NCBI RefSeq assembly: GCF_030373245.1
Contig: NZ_JAUCZF010000008.1
Coordinates: 49,865 to 113,864 of the forward strand
Reading direction: 5' to 3'
DNA from: Hydrogenophaga sp.
Lineage (GTDB): Bacteria; Pseudomonadota; Gammaproteobacteria; Burkholderiales; Burkholderiaceae_C
DNA length: 64,000 bases
The notes beneath the pieces were generated by a model. It searched no databases and had not been told where the DNA came from. It worked only from the letters and a program-made list of their open reading frames with translations. How positions within the stretch are numbered: position 1 is the stretch's first letter; each line of letters opens with the position of its first letter. Shown here piece after piece: positions 32,168 through 42,826 of the stretch. The position numbers were made by a program, and so were the translations under genes.

Positions 32168-32638
32168 TCAGGCAGCGGCGTGGGCCGACTGCCAGCCGCT
32201 GATCAGGCCGTGCAGGCTCGCCGCCTGCGGGGCCTGCTTCATCTGTTCGCGCAAAGCGCTGTCGCTCAGCAGCTCGGCGATTTCAGACAGGATTTCAAGA
32301 TGCTTCTGCGTGGCGGCTTCAGGCACGAGCAGGAAGATCAGGAGTTGCACCGGTTGCTCGTCCGGCGCGTCAAAGCCGATCGGGCTGGCAAGCTGAAACA
32401 CCGCAGCCAGGGGCTGCTTGAGCCCTTTGATCCGGCCATGCGGAATGGCCACGCCGTGGCCAAGACCGGTGGAGCCCAGGCGTTCACGAGCGAACAGGCT
32501 GTCCGTGATGAGGGCGCGGTTGAGGCCATGAAGGGTTTCAAACAGCAGGCCCGCCTCTTCAAAAGCGCGCTTTTTGCTCGTGGCGTCCACGCTGACGAGC
32601 ACTTGCGCCGAGGGCAGAATGGCAGATAGTCGGTTCAT
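32168..32638 (-). CDS. ptsN: PTS IIA(Ntr) protein
   Basis: RERLGSTGLGHGVAIPHGR. Confidence 0.93.
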   Translation of the reverse strand: MNRLSAILPSAQVLVSVDATSKKRAFEEAGLLFETLHGLNRALITDSLFARERLGSTGLGHGVAIPHGRIKGLKQPLAAVFQLASPIGFDAPDEQPVQLLIFLLVPEAATQKHLEILSEIAELLSDSALREQMKQAPQAASLHGLISGWQSAHAAA

Positions 32639-32696
32639 GTGGTCCTCTTGGACCGCAAATTATGACGACTTGAGTGAGCTTGGCTAGAGCGCAGAG

Positions 32697-32730
32697 ACAA
32701 AAAAGCCGCTTGACATGCCAAGCGGCTTGT
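32697..32730 (-). terminator. Intrinsic terminator downstream of hpf
   Basis: Stem AAGCCGCTTG/CAAGCGGCTT followed on the minus strand by TTTTTG. Confidence 0.75.
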
Positions 32731-32743
32731 TGCAATGCAGCAA
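32728..32743. promoter_or_regulatory. 16-bp motif TGTTGCAATGCAGCAA, second copy
   Basis: 14/16 identical to 19022-19037. Confidence 0.4.
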
Positions 32744-32779
32744 TTTTACGGACCGCAGATCAGCGGCCCGTGAAATACC

Positions 32780-33109
32780 TCACATCAGGCGTTTGGCCGA
32801 CTCGTGGTGGTGGTCCTGGGCCTTGTCCTTGTGACGCAAAACCTGACGATCAAGCTTGTCGGCCAGCTCATCCACCGCGGCATAGAGATCGGCATGGGCG
32901 CTTTCGGCGAACAAATCCTTGCCTTTGACATGGATGTTGCACTCCGCTCGCTGGCGCAGGTCCTTCTCCTTCAGGTTGTCCACCGTCAGCAGCACCTTGA
33001 CGTCGACCACCTGGTCGAAGTGTCGGGATATGCGTTCGAGCTTGCTGGTGACGTAGCCGCGCAGGGCGGGGGTGACCTCGAGGTGGTGACCGCTGATCGT
33101 CAAGTTCAT
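32780..33109 (-). CDS. hpf: Ribosome hibernation factor HPF/RaiA
   Basis: [22 protein letters not shown] and DLYAAVD..DKLDRQV. Confidence 0.93.
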   Translation of the reverse strand: MNLTISGHHLEVTPALRGYVTSKLERISRHFDQVVDVKVLLTVDNLKEKDLRQRAECNIHVKGKDLFAESAHADLYAAVDELADKLDRQVLRHKDKAQDHHHESAKRLM

Positions 33110-33191
33110 ACATGAGCCTCCTGTTGCTCCGGGTTGACACAAGCCGCCGGGCGTTGGGGCTTCCCGGCAGCCACGGGGAAGTCTTGAAACC

Positions 33192-33220
33192 ACTATGCCC
33201 ACGAAACACCGCAGGCGCAA
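33192..33220 (-). promoter_or_regulatory. Candidate sigma70 promoter for hpf (TTGCGC-N17-CATAGT)
   Basis: Hexamers at 33215-33220 and 33192-33197 with a 17-nt spacer. Confidence 0.4.
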
Positions 33221-33242
33221 GCCCGCACTGCAACAAAGGGTG

Positions 33243-34469
33243 CTATCCCGGCCGACCAGCGGCGGCGCCGTGCAGCACCAGCCGACGCGCCACCCAGATT
33301 GAGGCCAGGCTGGCCAGCGCGCCCACCAGACCCGAGACCCAGTAGTGCTGGACCAAGCCCGCCGCGTCGCGGCTGATGATGAGCCCGCCCAGGAACGCGG
33401 CCAGACCCATCGCTGCCGACTGCACCGCTGCGTTGAGCACCATGAAGGTTCCGCGCAGCGCGGGCTGAGCGGCCGAGGTGATGAGCGCCATGCCCGGAAT
33501 CATGCGGCCGCTCAGAAACACGAACAGCAGAGTGGAGACCACCAGAACCACCGGCAGCGGCGCCGACGGCAGCAAGGTGGTGGCCATCAGCGGCAGATTG
33601 ACGGCGACCGCCAGCATGCTGAAGGTGCGGACCTTGCCCAACCGGTCAGACAGACGACCAAACAAGCGTGCCGTGAACAGGGTCGCCAGGCCGCCGACCA
33701 GGTACAGCATGGGGATCTGTGCGTCGGTCAGACCGACATTCGTCTGCATGTAGATGGTGATGAAGGGAATCACCAGAAAACCGGCGAACATGAGCAGGGC
33801 GGAAAAACCGAAGGCTTCGAGGTGGTTGCGCTCGCTGAGCACCAGCGCTATGCCGCGAAAGGCTGAGGGCCGGTCAGCCACACGCAGGTGGTGGTCGAGC
33901 CTGGGCAGGGTCAGCGCCGCACCCACCGCCAGCAGCGCGCTCACCGCGGCGATGGCGAAAAAGGCCGCCTGCCAGCCCAGGTGATTGGCCAGGTAAAGAC
34001 CCATGGGTACACCGGCCACGGTGGAAAAAGAAAACGACGACATGACGATGCCCATGGCACGACCGCGGCGTTCGAACGGCACCACGTCGGCCACGATGGT
34101 TTGAGAGAGCGCAGACAGCACGCCACCGAACATGCCTGCAGCCACCCGCGCGGCCATGAGAAATCCGTAGTCGGTAGCCAGGCCACAGGCCAGCGTAGCG
34201 AGGGCGAACAAGGCGTACAGCACGAGCAGAAGGCGTTTGCGGTCGAAGCGATCGACATAGGTGGCCGCGGCCAAGCCAGACACGCCAGCCGACACCGTGT
34301 ACGCCGACACCAGCAAGCCAAACTGCGCGTCGCTGATGGCAAACAGGCGCGTGAACTGCGGCCCCAGCGGCATCATGATCATGAAATCCAGGATGTGCGT
34401 GAACTGGATCCCGGCAATGGTGAGCAGCAGCCAGCGCTCGCGCCGCGCAGATAGGGTGGGATGTGTCAT
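33243..34469 (-). CDS. MFS transporter, DHA1-like
   Basis: Motif [12 protein letters not shown], about 12 TM helices. Confidence 0.88.
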   Translation of the reverse strand: MTHPTLSARRERWLLLTIAGIQFTHILDFMIMMPLGPQFTRLFAISDAQFGLLVSAYTVSAGVSGLAAATYVDRFDRKRLLLVLYALFALATLACGLATDYGFLMAARVAAGMFGGVLSALSQTIVADVVPFERRGRAMGIVMSSFSFSTVAGVPMGLYLANHLGWQAAFFAIAAVSALLAVGAALTLPRLDHHLRVADRPSAFRGIALVLSERNHLEAFGFSALLMFAGFLVIPFITIYMQTNVGLTDAQIPMLYLVGGLATLFTARLFGRLSDRLGKVRTFSMLAVAVNLPLMATTLLPSAPLPVVLVVSTLLFVFLSGRMIPGMALITSAAQPALRGTFMVLNAAVQSAAMGLAAFLGGLIISRDAAGLVQHYWVSGLVGALASLASIWVARRLVLHGAAAGRPG

Positions 34470-34534
34470 GATTTTGAGCCGCCTTGCACTGTACCCCCGC
34501 GCTGGCAGCGCCTCTGTCACAAGGTCTCAGCCCC

Positions 34535-35800
34535 GTGTCTCTCGATACCCTGATCTCGCGCAACCTGCTCGACACGGGGGCACCAGCCCCGCCCGACGGC
34601 GCCTGCGCCCTGGTGCTGATGGGGGGTGGTGCGCGCACCGCCTACCAGGCTGGCGTGCTCAAGGCGCTGGCCACGATGCTCGCCGCCCAAAGCCCGGGTG
34701 TGCAGGCCCCGCCGCCGTTTCCCTTTCGCTGGCTGTTTGGCACCTCGGCCGGCGCCCTCAACGCAAGTTACCTCGCGGGCTGCAGCGCCGCGGGCCTGCA
34801 AGCCCTGCCGCAGCTCGCCACGTTCTGGTCCGCGCTGCGCTCCGAGCGGGTATACCAGCTCGACGCGCCAAGCTGGGTGCGTGCCCATCGGCTGGTCGCC
34901 GGCCTGACGCTGGCGCGCCAGGTACGCCGCCACCGCGCGCTGCTCGACACCCTGCCGCTGGTGGACACGCTGCACCGCGCAATCAACCTGCCGGCTGTGG
35001 AGCAAGCTCTGACGCAGCAGCACATCGAGGTGCTCGGGGTCACGGCGTCAAGCTACACCACGGGAGAACACTGGACCTTTTGCCAGACCCGCACGGACCA
35101 TCCCGTCAAACCCTGGCAACGTCCCGGCCGCCGCGCGGCCTACCAGCCCATCACCATCGAGCACCTCATGGCCTCCAGCGCCATCCCGTTCCTGTTTCCG
35201 GCCGTGCCGCTCTGGGTCGACGGCCACAAGGAATATTTTGGCGACGGCTCGATGCGCCAGCTCTCACCGCTGTCGCCAGCCATTCATTTCGGCGCGCGGC
35301 GCATTCTGGTGATCGGCGTGGCACAGCCCCAGCGCGCCGGCATGGGCGTGCGTACCAACAACGAACCGACCGCCGGCACCATCGCTGGCCATGCCATGGC
35401 CAGCGTGTTCCACGACACCCTGCAATCCGACGTGGAGCAGGCGCAGCGTGTGAGCCAGACCCTGGCCAAGCTGCCGGCGGCCCTGGCTGCTGCCCTGCCC
35501 TACCACCCGGTGAACGTGATGGCCATCCAGCCCAGCTTCTCGCTTGACGAGCTGGCGCACAAACACATTGGCAGCTTACCCGCCGCCACCCGCAACACCC
35601 TCACCGGCCTGGGCGCGCTCGACCCGAGTCGCGGTGCCGCCGGTAGCGCCGCGTCGCTGGCCAGCTACCTGCTGTTCGAGTCCGATTTCATCCAGGCGCT
35701 GATCGAACTCGGTGAGGGTGACGCCTGGCGCCGCAAGGACGAACTGATGGCGTTTTTCGAGCCGTCCCCTCGCCTGGCCACCCACCCTGCGGTGACATAA
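34535..35800 (+). CDS. Patatin-like phospholipase
   Basis: GGGART oxyanion hole, GTSAG nucleophile, FGDG. Start uncertain. Confidence 0.88.
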   Translation: MSLDTLISRNLLDTGAPAPPDGACALVLMGGGARTAYQAGVLKALATMLAAQSPGVQAPPPFPFRWLFGTSAGALNASYLAGCSAAGLQALPQLATFWSALRSERVYQLDAPSWVRAHRLVAGLTLARQVRRHRALLDTLPLVDTLHRAINLPAVEQALTQQHIEVLGVTASSYTTGEHWTFCQTRTDHPVKPWQRPGRRAAYQPITIEHLMASSAIPFLFPAVPLWVDGHKEYFGDGSMRQLSPLSPAIHFGARRILVIGVAQPQRAGMGVRTNNEPTAGTIAGHAMASVFHDTLQSDVEQAQRVSQTLAKLPAALAAALPYHPVNVMAIQPSFSLDELAHKHIGSLPAATRNTLTGLGALDPSRGAAGSAASLASYLLFESDFIQALIELGEGDAWRRKDELMAFFEPSPRLATHPAVT

Positions 35801-35801
35801 T
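35793..35801 (+). promoter_or_regulatory. Candidate extended -10 promoter (TG-A-CATAAT) for the corA leader
   Basis: Overlaps the patatin stop and lies about 200 nt upstream of the corA ATG. Confidence 0.45.
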
Positions 35802-35829
35802 CTTCCTCTATCTTCCCCACGGAGCCCCC

Positions 35830-35883
35830 ATGGACAGCACGCCTCCCAGTTGCGTGCTTTCAGCCCCTGTGCCATCGGCTTGA
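35830..35883 (+). CDS. Putative corA leader peptide MDSTPPSCVLSAPVPSA (17 aa, 4 Pro)
   Basis: GGAG at 35821-35824, ATG at 35830, TGA at 35881. Contains one arm of the leader's alternative stems. Confidence 0.5.
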   Translation: MDSTPPSCVLSAPVPSA

Positions 35884-36003
35884 ACGCCGCCTTTGCGGCG
35901 ACACCTGCACCGGTGTCATGTCCGGCTGAAAGCGCACCATTCCGCTCAACGCTGGGCCGCAGAGCCCAGCCCCTTTCAGACCACCGCCTCCGGGAGCGCT
36001 ACC

Positions 36004-36990
36004 ATGCTCAACGTGTTCACCCTGGCCAATGGCCGCCTGTTCCAGGAAGAGATCGAATCGCTGGAAGCGCTGGCACGCGTCAAGCCGATCTGGGTTGACC
36101 TCGAGTCGCCCTCGCTGGAGGAACGGCGCTGGGTGAAGCAGCATTTTGGGCTGTCCATCCCCGAAGACGCGATGGACGACGATATCGAGGAGTCGGCCCG
36201 CTTCTTCGAAGAAGACAACGGCGAGCTGCACGTGCGCAGCGACTTCCTGATCGACGACCCCGATGACCCGCGCGCCATCCGCGTGGCGTTCATCCTCAAC
36301 GAGCACAACGACAAGCTCAAGAGCCAGGGCGTGCTGTTCTCTATACACGATGAAGACGTGCCGGTCTTTCGCCTGCTGCGCATGCGGGCGAGGCGCATGC
36401 CTGGCCTGATCGAAGACGCCAAAGACGTGCTGCTGATGCTTTTCGACGCCGATGCCGAGTACTGCGCCGATACGCTCGAGGACATCTACGACGACCTCGA
36501 AACCGTGAGCCGCCAGGTGCTGGCTGGTGACGTGACCGACAACAAGGCCGGCGAGGTGCTGGCCGCCATCGCGCGGCACGAGGACATGTCGGGCCGCATT
36601 CGCCGCAACGTGATGGACACGCGCCGCGCGGTCAGCTTCATGATGCGCAGCCGGCTGCTGAACACCGAGCAGTTCGAAGACGCGCGACAGATTCTTCGCG
36701 ACCTCGATTCGCTCGATGGCCATACCGCCTTTCTGTTCGACAAGATCAACTTCCTGATGGACGCCACGGTGGGTTTCATCAACATCAACCAGAACAAGAT
36801 CATCAAGATCTTCTCGGTGGCCAGCGTCGCACTGCTGCCCCCCACCCTGGTGGCCAGCCTGTACGGCATGAATTTCCGCTTCATGCCCGAACTCGAATGG
36901 CGGATGGGCTACCCGTTCGCGCTCGGGTTGATGGTGCTCTCCGCGCTGATCCCGGTGCTGTATTTCCGCAAGCGGGGATGGTTGAAGTAG
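36004..36990 (+). CDS. corA: Magnesium/cobalt transporter CorA
   Basis: LYGMNF signature and MPEL..GYP, two C-terminal TM helices. Confidence 0.95.
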   Translation: MLNVFTLANGRLFQEEIESLEALARVKPIWVDLESPSLEERRWVKQHFGLSIPEDAMDDDIEESARFFEEDNGELHVRSDFLIDDPDDPRAIRVAFILNEHNDKLKSQGVLFSIHDEDVPVFRLLRMRARRMPGLIEDAKDVLLMLFDADAEYCADTLEDIYDDLETVSRQVLAGDVTDNKAGEVLAAIARHEDMSGRIRRNVMDTRRAVSFMMRSRLLNTEQFEDARQILRDLDSLDGHTAFLFDKINFLMDATVGFININQNKIIKIFSVASVALLPPTLVASLYGMNFRFMPELEWRMGYPFALGLMVLSALIPVLYFRKRGWLK

Positions 36991-36996
36991 GTTCAT

Positions 36997-37068
36997 CCCC
37001 GCGTTGCCTGCAGCGTCACCCCCTCAAGGGAGCGATGCGTGTGGACCGGCAGAGCCGGATCCACCGCG
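36997..37068 (-). repeat. REP-like element, family B, copy 5
   Basis: Reverse complement is gcggtggatccggctctgccggtccac..cccttgagggggtgacgctgcaggcaacgcgggg. Starts 6 nt after the corA stop. Confidence 0.68.
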
Positions 37069-37161
37069 TCCTGAACCGAAGACACTTCACACTCCCGCGC
37101 ATGCGGGCCAGAGAAGCAGGATCCGCTGCGTTCTCGAATTAGCCCGTTCGCGCCGGAGCGG

Positions 37162-37920
37162 TCAATGGTTGAACAGTGCTTCGACGATGGCGCCGCTGTA
37201 GCGACTGGCGACTTCGCGCAGGAACTTCGGGAAGTCCACGTGCGCGGCATCATCGGCACGGTCGGAGATGGTGCGCACCACCGCCAGCGGCACGCCGAAG
37301 TCGTGACAGACCTGAGCAAACGCGGCGCCTTCCATCTCCACGGCCAGCGCGTCGGGCAGCTCGCGCTGCAGCGCCTGGCTCTCGTCAGTGGTGGCGACGA
37401 AACGGTCGCCGCTGATCAGCAGCCCCTGGTGCAGGCGGGGTGACAACAGACCAAAAGCGGCGACGGTGTCGGTGCCCAGTTGCTGCGGCAGGCGATGCAG
37501 CATGCGTTCGCAGGCCAGCTCCAGCGCATCGGTCAGGGCAGCGTCGGCCTCAAAACGGGCGCGGCCATACAGCGGCACTTCATGGCGAGGGAACAGTGGC
37601 GACGCATCCATGTCGTGCTGCAGAAAGCTGCGCGCCAGCACCACATCACCCACCTTCACGTCGGGGCTCAGGCCGCCGGCGACGCCGGTGAAGACGATGC
37701 GCTGCACCTTGAAGTGGTCGATCAGGAGCGCGGCCGTGGTGGCGGCTGCCACCTTGCCGATGCCCGAGAGCACGGCCACCACGTCTTGCCCGTGCAGATG
37801 CCCGACCCAGAACTCGCGCCCACCGACCACCTCCTTGTGCTCGTCGGGCATCAGCGCCAGCACGCTGGCGAGTTCGTCGTGCAGCGCGGCCACAACAGCG
37901 ACGCGAAAGATCGTTTTCAT
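37162..37920 (-). CDS. mtnN: 5'-methylthioadenosine/S-adenosylhomocysteine nucleosidase
   Basis: SGIGKVAAA, FTGVAGGL, SGDRFV, VEMEGAA and RTISDRAD. Confidence 0.93.
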   Translation of the reverse strand: MKTIFRVAVVAALHDELASVLALMPDEHKEVVGGREFWVGHLHGQDVVAVLSGIGKVAAATTAALLIDHFKVQRIVFTGVAGGLSPDVKVGDVVLARSFLQHDMDASPLFPRHEVPLYGRARFEADAALTDALELACERMLHRLPQQLGTDTVAAFGLLSPRLHQGLLISGDRFVATTDESQALQRELPDALAVEMEGAAFAQVCHDFGVPLAVVRTISDRADDAAHVDFPKFLREVASRYSGAIVEALFNH

Positions 37921-37976
37921 GCCCCGCATTGGACCAGAAGCCAGCGCCTGATCGAAGCGCATGTCTGGTTCGAGAA

Positions 37977-38051
37977 CGCGGCGGAACCGGCTCCGCCGGG
38001 CCGCATCCCGTTGTCCCCTGGCGGGGGTGATGCAGCAGGCGGCGCAGGGGC
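37977..38051 (+). repeat. REP-like element, family B, copy 6
   Basis: gcggaaccggctccgccgggccgca..cccctggcgggggtgatgcagcaggcggcgcagggg. Abuts the fadD stop. Confidence 0.75.
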
Positions 38052-39728
38052 CTACTTTTTATCGCGAAGCTCTCGGCGCAAAATCTTGCCCACCGGCGTC
38101 TTGGGCAGCTCGGTGCGGAACTCGATCAGCTTGGGCTGCTTGTAACCGGTGAGGTGGCGTTTGCAATGCTCACGCACCTGTTTCTCCGACAGCGCCTCGT
38201 CTTTTTTCACGATCACCAGCTTGAGCGCTTCGCCGGATTTCTCGTCGGGCACGCCAATCACCGCGCACTCCAGCACACCAGGGAGCTGGGCCACCACGTC
38301 TTCGACCTCGTTCGGGAAGACGTTGAAGCCGCTCACCAGCACCATGTCCTTCTTGCGATCGACAACACGAAAATAACCGCGCTCGTCCTCGATCCCGATG
38401 TCGCCCGTCTTGAAGTAGCCGTCGGCCGTCATGACCTTGGCCGTCTCGTCCGGTCGCTGCCAGTAGCCTGCCATCACCTGCGGCCCGTGGATGGCGATCT
38501 CGCCCGGTTGGCCCAGCGGTACCTGCACCCCGGCATCATCCAGGCACTTGAGCCAGGTTCCAGGCAAAGGTACGCCGATGGTGCCGGTGTACTCGGCGTT
38601 GGTCACCGGGTTGCACGTGGCCGATGGGCTGGTCTCCGACAGGCCATAGCCCTCGCAAATCGGGCAGCCGGTTTTCTCCAGCCAGAGCTGGGCCACAGCG
38701 CCCTGTACCGCCATACCGCCGCCCACCGACACCTTGAGGTGGCTCCAGTCCACCGTGTGGAAATCGGGGTGATTGGCCAGCGCATTGAACAGCGTGTTGA
38801 CCGCCGGGAGGCTGTGAAAGCGGTGCCGGCGCAGCTCCTTGAGCATCGCGGGAATGTCGCGCGGGTTCGGGATCAGGATCACCTGGCTGCCGGTTCGCAG
38901 GCCCAGCATCATGTTTACCGTGAACGCGAAGATATGGTACAGCGGTAAAGCGCACACACTGGTGGGCTGCTCGCCCGGCGGCACCTGCTGCATCACCGGC
39001 GCGTTCCAGGCCTCGGACTGGAGCACGTTGGCGATCACATTGCGGTGCAGGAGCACCGCACCCTTGCTCACGCCAGTGGTACCGCCGGTGTACTGCAACA
39101 CAGCCACATCGTCGGGGCCTAGGCTCGGGCGCTGGAGGGTAGCGCGCGTGCCGCGCGCAATGGCCTCGTTGAACCGCACCGCCTGCGGCAGCTTGAAGGG
39201 CGGCACCAGCTTCTTCACGTTGCGCACCACGTGATTGACCAGCCCACCCTTGAACAGGCCAAGGCGGTCTCCCATGGCGGCGAGGATGACGTGGCGCACG
39301 GGGGTATTCGACAGGCACTGCTCGAGCGTGCTGGCGAAGTTCTCCATGATGACGATGGCCTTGGCGCCCGAGTCCCGCAGCTGGTGCTCCAGCTCGCTGG
39401 CGGTGTAGAGCGGGTTGACGTTCACCACCACCAACCCGGCGCGCAGGATGGCCGCCACCGCCACCGGGTACTGCGGCACGTTGGGCATCATGAGCGCCAC
39501 CCGCTCGCCGCGTGCCAGCCCCACGCCCTGCAGGTAGGCCGCCAGAGCCTCGGACAGACTGTCGACTTCAGCGTAGCGCACCGCCTTGCCCATGAAGCTG
39601 TAGGCCACCTGCTGGCGGTACCGCTGGAAGCTCTCTTCCATGAGGTGCACCAGCGAACGATAGGGGCTCAAGTCCACGTCGGCGGGCACACCTGGCGGGT
39701 AAGCGCTGAGCCAGGGGCGGTGATTCAT
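38052..39728 (-). CDS. fadD: Long-chain fatty acid--CoA ligase
   Basis: QYTGGTTGVSKG, EGYGLSETSP, TGDIG and PKTPVGKILRR. Confidence 0.88.
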   Translation of the reverse strand: MNHRPWLSAYPPGVPADVDLSPYRSLVHLMEESFQRYRQQVAYSFMGKAVRYAEVDSLSEALAAYLQGVGLARGERVALMMPNVPQYPVAVAAILRAGLVVVNVNPLYTASELEHQLRDSGAKAIVIMENFASTLEQCLSNTPVRHVILAAMGDRLGLFKGGLVNHVVRNVKKLVPPFKLPQAVRFNEAIARGTRATLQRPSLGPDDVAVLQYTGGTTGVSKGAVLLHRNVIANVLQSEAWNAPVMQQVPPGEQPTSVCALPLYHIFAFTVNMMLGLRTGSQVILIPNPRDIPAMLKELRRHRFHSLPAVNTLFNALANHPDFHTVDWSHLKVSVGGGMAVQGAVAQLWLEKTGCPICEGYGLSETSPSATCNPVTNAEYTGTIGVPLPGTWLKCLDDAGVQVPLGQPGEIAIHGPQVMAGYWQRPDETAKVMTADGYFKTGDIGIEDERGYFRVVDRKKDMVLVSGFNVFPNEVEDVVAQLPGVLECAVIGVPDEKSGEALKLVIVKKDEALSEKQVREHCKRHLTGYKQPKLIEFRTELPKTPVGKILRRELRDKK

Positions 39729-39772
39729 GTCAGGCACCTCCAGCCGCGCGGATCGTCACATGCTGTGCCGAT

Positions 39773-41191
39773 TCAGGCCTTGAGCGCTGTCAGCACCTCG
39801 TCCAGCATCTTCTTGGCATCACCGAACAGCATGCGGTTGTTGTCCTTGTAGAAGAGCGGGTTGTCCACGCCCGCGTAGCCGCTGGCCATGCTGCGCTTCA
39901 TCACGATGGAGGTGCGTGCCTTCCACACTTCCAGCACCGGCATGCCGGCAATCGGGCTGGTCGGGTCGTCCTGAGCAGCCGGGTTCACGATGTCGTTAGC
40001 GCCGATCACCATGGCCACGTCGGTGTCGGGAAAGTCGTCGTTGAGTTCATCCATCTCGAACACGATGTCGTACGGCACCTTGGCCTCGGCCAGCAGCACG
40101 TTCATGTGGCCGGGCATGCGGCCGGCCACCGGGTGGATGCCGAAGCGCACGTTCACGCCCTTCTCACGCAGGAAGCGCGTGATCTCGAACACCGTGTGCT
40201 GCGCCTGCGCCACCGCCATGCCATAACCAGGCACGATGATCACGTTCTTGGCTTCGCGCAGCATCTCGGCGGTCTCGGCGGCGAGGATGGGGCTCACTTC
40301 GCCAGCGGGCTCGGCAACACCGCCGGCCGGCTTGGGCGCGGCACTGGTGGTACCAAAGCCGCCTGCGATCACGCTGATGAAGCTGCGGTTCATCGCGTTG
40401 CACATGATGTAGGACAGGATGGCGCCACTCGATCCGACCAGCGCACCGACCACGATGAGCAAGTCGTTGGACAGCATGAAGCCGGTGGCCGCTGCCGCCC
40501 ACCCCGAGTAGCTGTTGAGCATGGACACCACCACCGGCATGTCCGCGCCACCAATGGCCATCACCATGTGGATGCCGAACAGCAGGGCGATGACGGTCAT
40601 CACGAACAGCGGGAACATGCCGTCGGCAATGGTTTCGGCCTGCAGGAACATGCGGCCAAAGAAGATCACCGCCAACAGACCCGCCAGGTTCAGCCAGTGC
40701 CGGCCGGGCAGCAGCATCGGGTTGCCACCGATGCGTGCCGACAGCTTGCCAAAGGCAATCACCGAGCCCGAGAACGTGATGGCGCCGATAAAGATGCCGA
40801 CGTAGATCTCCATCGCGTGGATGGTGTGGGCAGCGCCCTCGAAGCCTTTGGTGGCCTCGGGATCGACGTAGGTGGCGTAACCCACCAGCACGGCCGCCAT
40901 GCCGACCATGCTGTGCATCAGCGCCACCAGCTCGGGCATTTGCGTCATCTGCACCGTGCGCGCTGCATACAGGCCAATCACCGCGCCGATCAGCATGGCG
41001 CCGACGATCCACGGAACGCCTGCTGAGGTGACCTGGGGACCGAACACCGTGGCCAACACGGCCAGCGCCATGCCGACCATGCCGTACAGGTTGCCGCGCC
41101 GCGCGGTTTCCTGGTTGGACAAGCCCCCCAGGCTGAGGATGAAAAGAATGATGGCTCCGATGTAGGAGACCGTGGCCAGACTGGAAGACAT
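39773..41191 (-). CDS. pntB: NAD(P) transhydrogenase beta subunit
   Basis: [44 protein letters not shown]. Confidence 0.97.
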   Translation of the reverse strand: MSSSLATVSYIGAIILFILSLGGLSNQETARRGNLYGMVGMALAVLATVFGPQVTSAGVPWIVGAMLIGAVIGLYAARTVQMTQMPELVALMHSMVGMAAVLVGYATYVDPEATKGFEGAAHTIHAMEIYVGIFIGAITFSGSVIAFGKLSARIGGNPMLLPGRHWLNLAGLLAVIFFGRMFLQAETIADGMFPLFVMTVIALLFGIHMVMAIGGADMPVVVSMLNSYSGWAAAATGFMLSNDLLIVVGALVGSSGAILSYIMCNAMNRSFISVIAGGFGTTSAAPKPAGGVAEPAGEVSPILAAETAEMLREAKNVIIVPGYGMAVAQAQHTVFEITRFLREKGVNVRFGIHPVAGRMPGHMNVLLAEAKVPYDIVFEMDELNDDFPDTDVAMVIGANDIVNPAAQDDPTSPIAGMPVLEVWKARTSIVMKRSMASGYAGVDNPLFYKDNNRMLFGDAKKMLDEVLTALKA

Positions 41192-41209
41192 GTTGCTCTT
41201 GCCTCTTTC

Positions 41210-42826
41210 TTATTTGCGGAACATCGCCAGCATGCGCTGGGTGACGGCAAAGCCGCCAAACATGTTGATGGCGGTGAGCACCAGTGCCACCGCAGCCAGC
41301 ACGCCGATCAGGGTGTTGGGCCGCTCGGCGGCGTCGGCGAGCGGCGATATCTGCACCAGCGCACCGATGGCGATGATGGAACTGATGGCATTGGTCACGC
41401 TCATGAGCGGCGTGTGCAGCGCCGGCTTCACGTTCCACACCACCATGTAGCCGACGAAGCAGGCCAGCACGAACACCGTGAAGTGCGAGAGAAATTCGGC
41501 GGGCGCGTAAGCACCCACGAGCAGGAACAACACCGCAGTGATCCCCGCCACGATGGCCAACTTGCCCGCCGGCATCGGGCCCGAGGCCTCGCCGTGGCCA
41601 TGGGCCTTCTTCGCAGCGGGTGCGGCAGCTGGCTTGGCCGGTGGCTTCGGAGGTGCGGCCAGCGCAGGGGCCGGCCAGGTGACTTCGCCGTCCTTCACCA
41701 CTGTCAGGCCGCGGATCGCATCGTCTTCCATGTTGACATGGATGACGCCGTCTTTGGTCTTGCACAGTTCCTCGCTCAGGCGGAACAGGTTGTTCGCGTA
41801 CAGCGTGGACGATTGCTGTGCCATGCGCGAGGCCAGATCGGTGTAGCCGACGATGGTCACGCCGTGCTTCACCACCGCCTGTCCCGGCTCGGTGAGCTCG
41901 CAGTTCCCGCCTTGCTCGGCCGCCATGTCAACGATCACGCTGCCCGGCTTCATGCTTTTCACCATGTCGGCGGTGATGAGCTTGGGCGCCGGCTTGCCAG
42001 GAATCAGCGCGGTGGTGATGATGATGTCGACCTCGCGCGCCTGTTGCGCGTACATCTCGCGCTGCGCGGCCTGGAAGCCTTCGCTCATCACCTTGGCGTA
42101 GCCACCGCCGCCCGAGCCTTCTTCCTCGTAGTCCACTTTGACGAATTCACCGCCCAGCGAAACCACCTGGTCGGCCACCTCGGCGCGCGTGTCGTTGGCA
42201 CGCACGATGGCACCCAGGCTGGAAGCTGCGCCCACCGCAGCCAGACCCGCCACGCCCGCACCGGCGATGAACACCTTGGCCGGCGGCACCTTGCCCGCGG
42301 CCGTGATCTGGCCATTGAAAAAGCGGCCAAACGCATTCGCCGCCTCGACCACCGCGCGGTAGCCGCTGACGCCAGCCATGGAAGTGAGTGCATCCATCTT
42401 CTGCGCGCGGCTGAGCGTGCGCGGCAGCGCATCGATGGAGAGCGCCGTGACCTTCTTTTCGGCCAGCTGCTGCATGAGTTCGGGGTTCTGGGCTGGCCAG
42501 ATGAATCCGATCAGCGTCTGACCTTCGTGCATCAGGGCCACCTCGTCGCGCGTGGGCGCCCGCACCTTGAAGACGATGTCGCTGCCACTCCACAGCTCAG
42601 CCGCCGAGCTGGCGATGCTGGCGCCGGCAGCCGTGTACGCCTCATCGCTGAGGTTGGCCAGTTCGCCCGCTCCGCGCTCCACCAGCACGGCAAAGCCCAG
42701 CTTCACCAACTTGGCCACGGCCTCGGGCACACTGGCCACCCGCTTCTCGCCGGGAAAAATCTCGCGCGGTATGCCGATGCGCTGCGGTGTCGGTGCGGCT
42801 GTTTCGTGAGGTGCGCCAGAAGTCAT
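41210..42826 (-). CDS. pntA: NAD(P) transhydrogenase alpha subunit (dI and dII in one chain)
   Basis: [30 protein letters not shown] and [13 protein letters not shown]. Confidence 0.96.
   Translation of the reverse strand: MTSGAPHETAAPTPQRIGIPREIFPGEKRVASVPEAVAKLVKLGFAVLVERGAGELANLSDEAYTAAGASIASSAAELWSGSDIVFKVRAPTRDEVALMHEGQTLIGFIWPAQNPELMQQLAEKKVTALSIDALPRTLSRAQKMDALTSMAGVSGYRAVVEAANAFGRFFNGQITAAGKVPPAKVFIAGAGVAGLAAVGAASSLGAIVRANDTRAEVADQVVSLGGEFVKVDYEEEGSGGGGYAKVMSEGFQAAQREMYAQQAREVDIIITTALIPGKPAPKLITADMVKSMKPGSVIVDMAAEQGGNCELTEPGQAVVKHGVTIVGYTDLASRMAQQSSTLYANNLFRLSEELCKTKDGVIHVNMEDDAIRGLTVVKDGEVTWPAPALAAPPKPPAKPAAAPAAKKAHGHGEASGPMPAGKLAIVAGITAVLFLLVGAYAPAEFLSHFTVFVLACFVGYMVVWNVKPALHTPLMSVTNAISSIIAIGALVQISPLADAAERPNTLIGVLAAVALVLTAINMFGGFAVTQRMLAMFRK

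Noticed and set aside
31124-33109. hpf-ptsN-hprK without rpoN
   Set aside because: rpoN may simply lie elsewhere, and this order is plausible for the family. No novelty can be claimed from this window.
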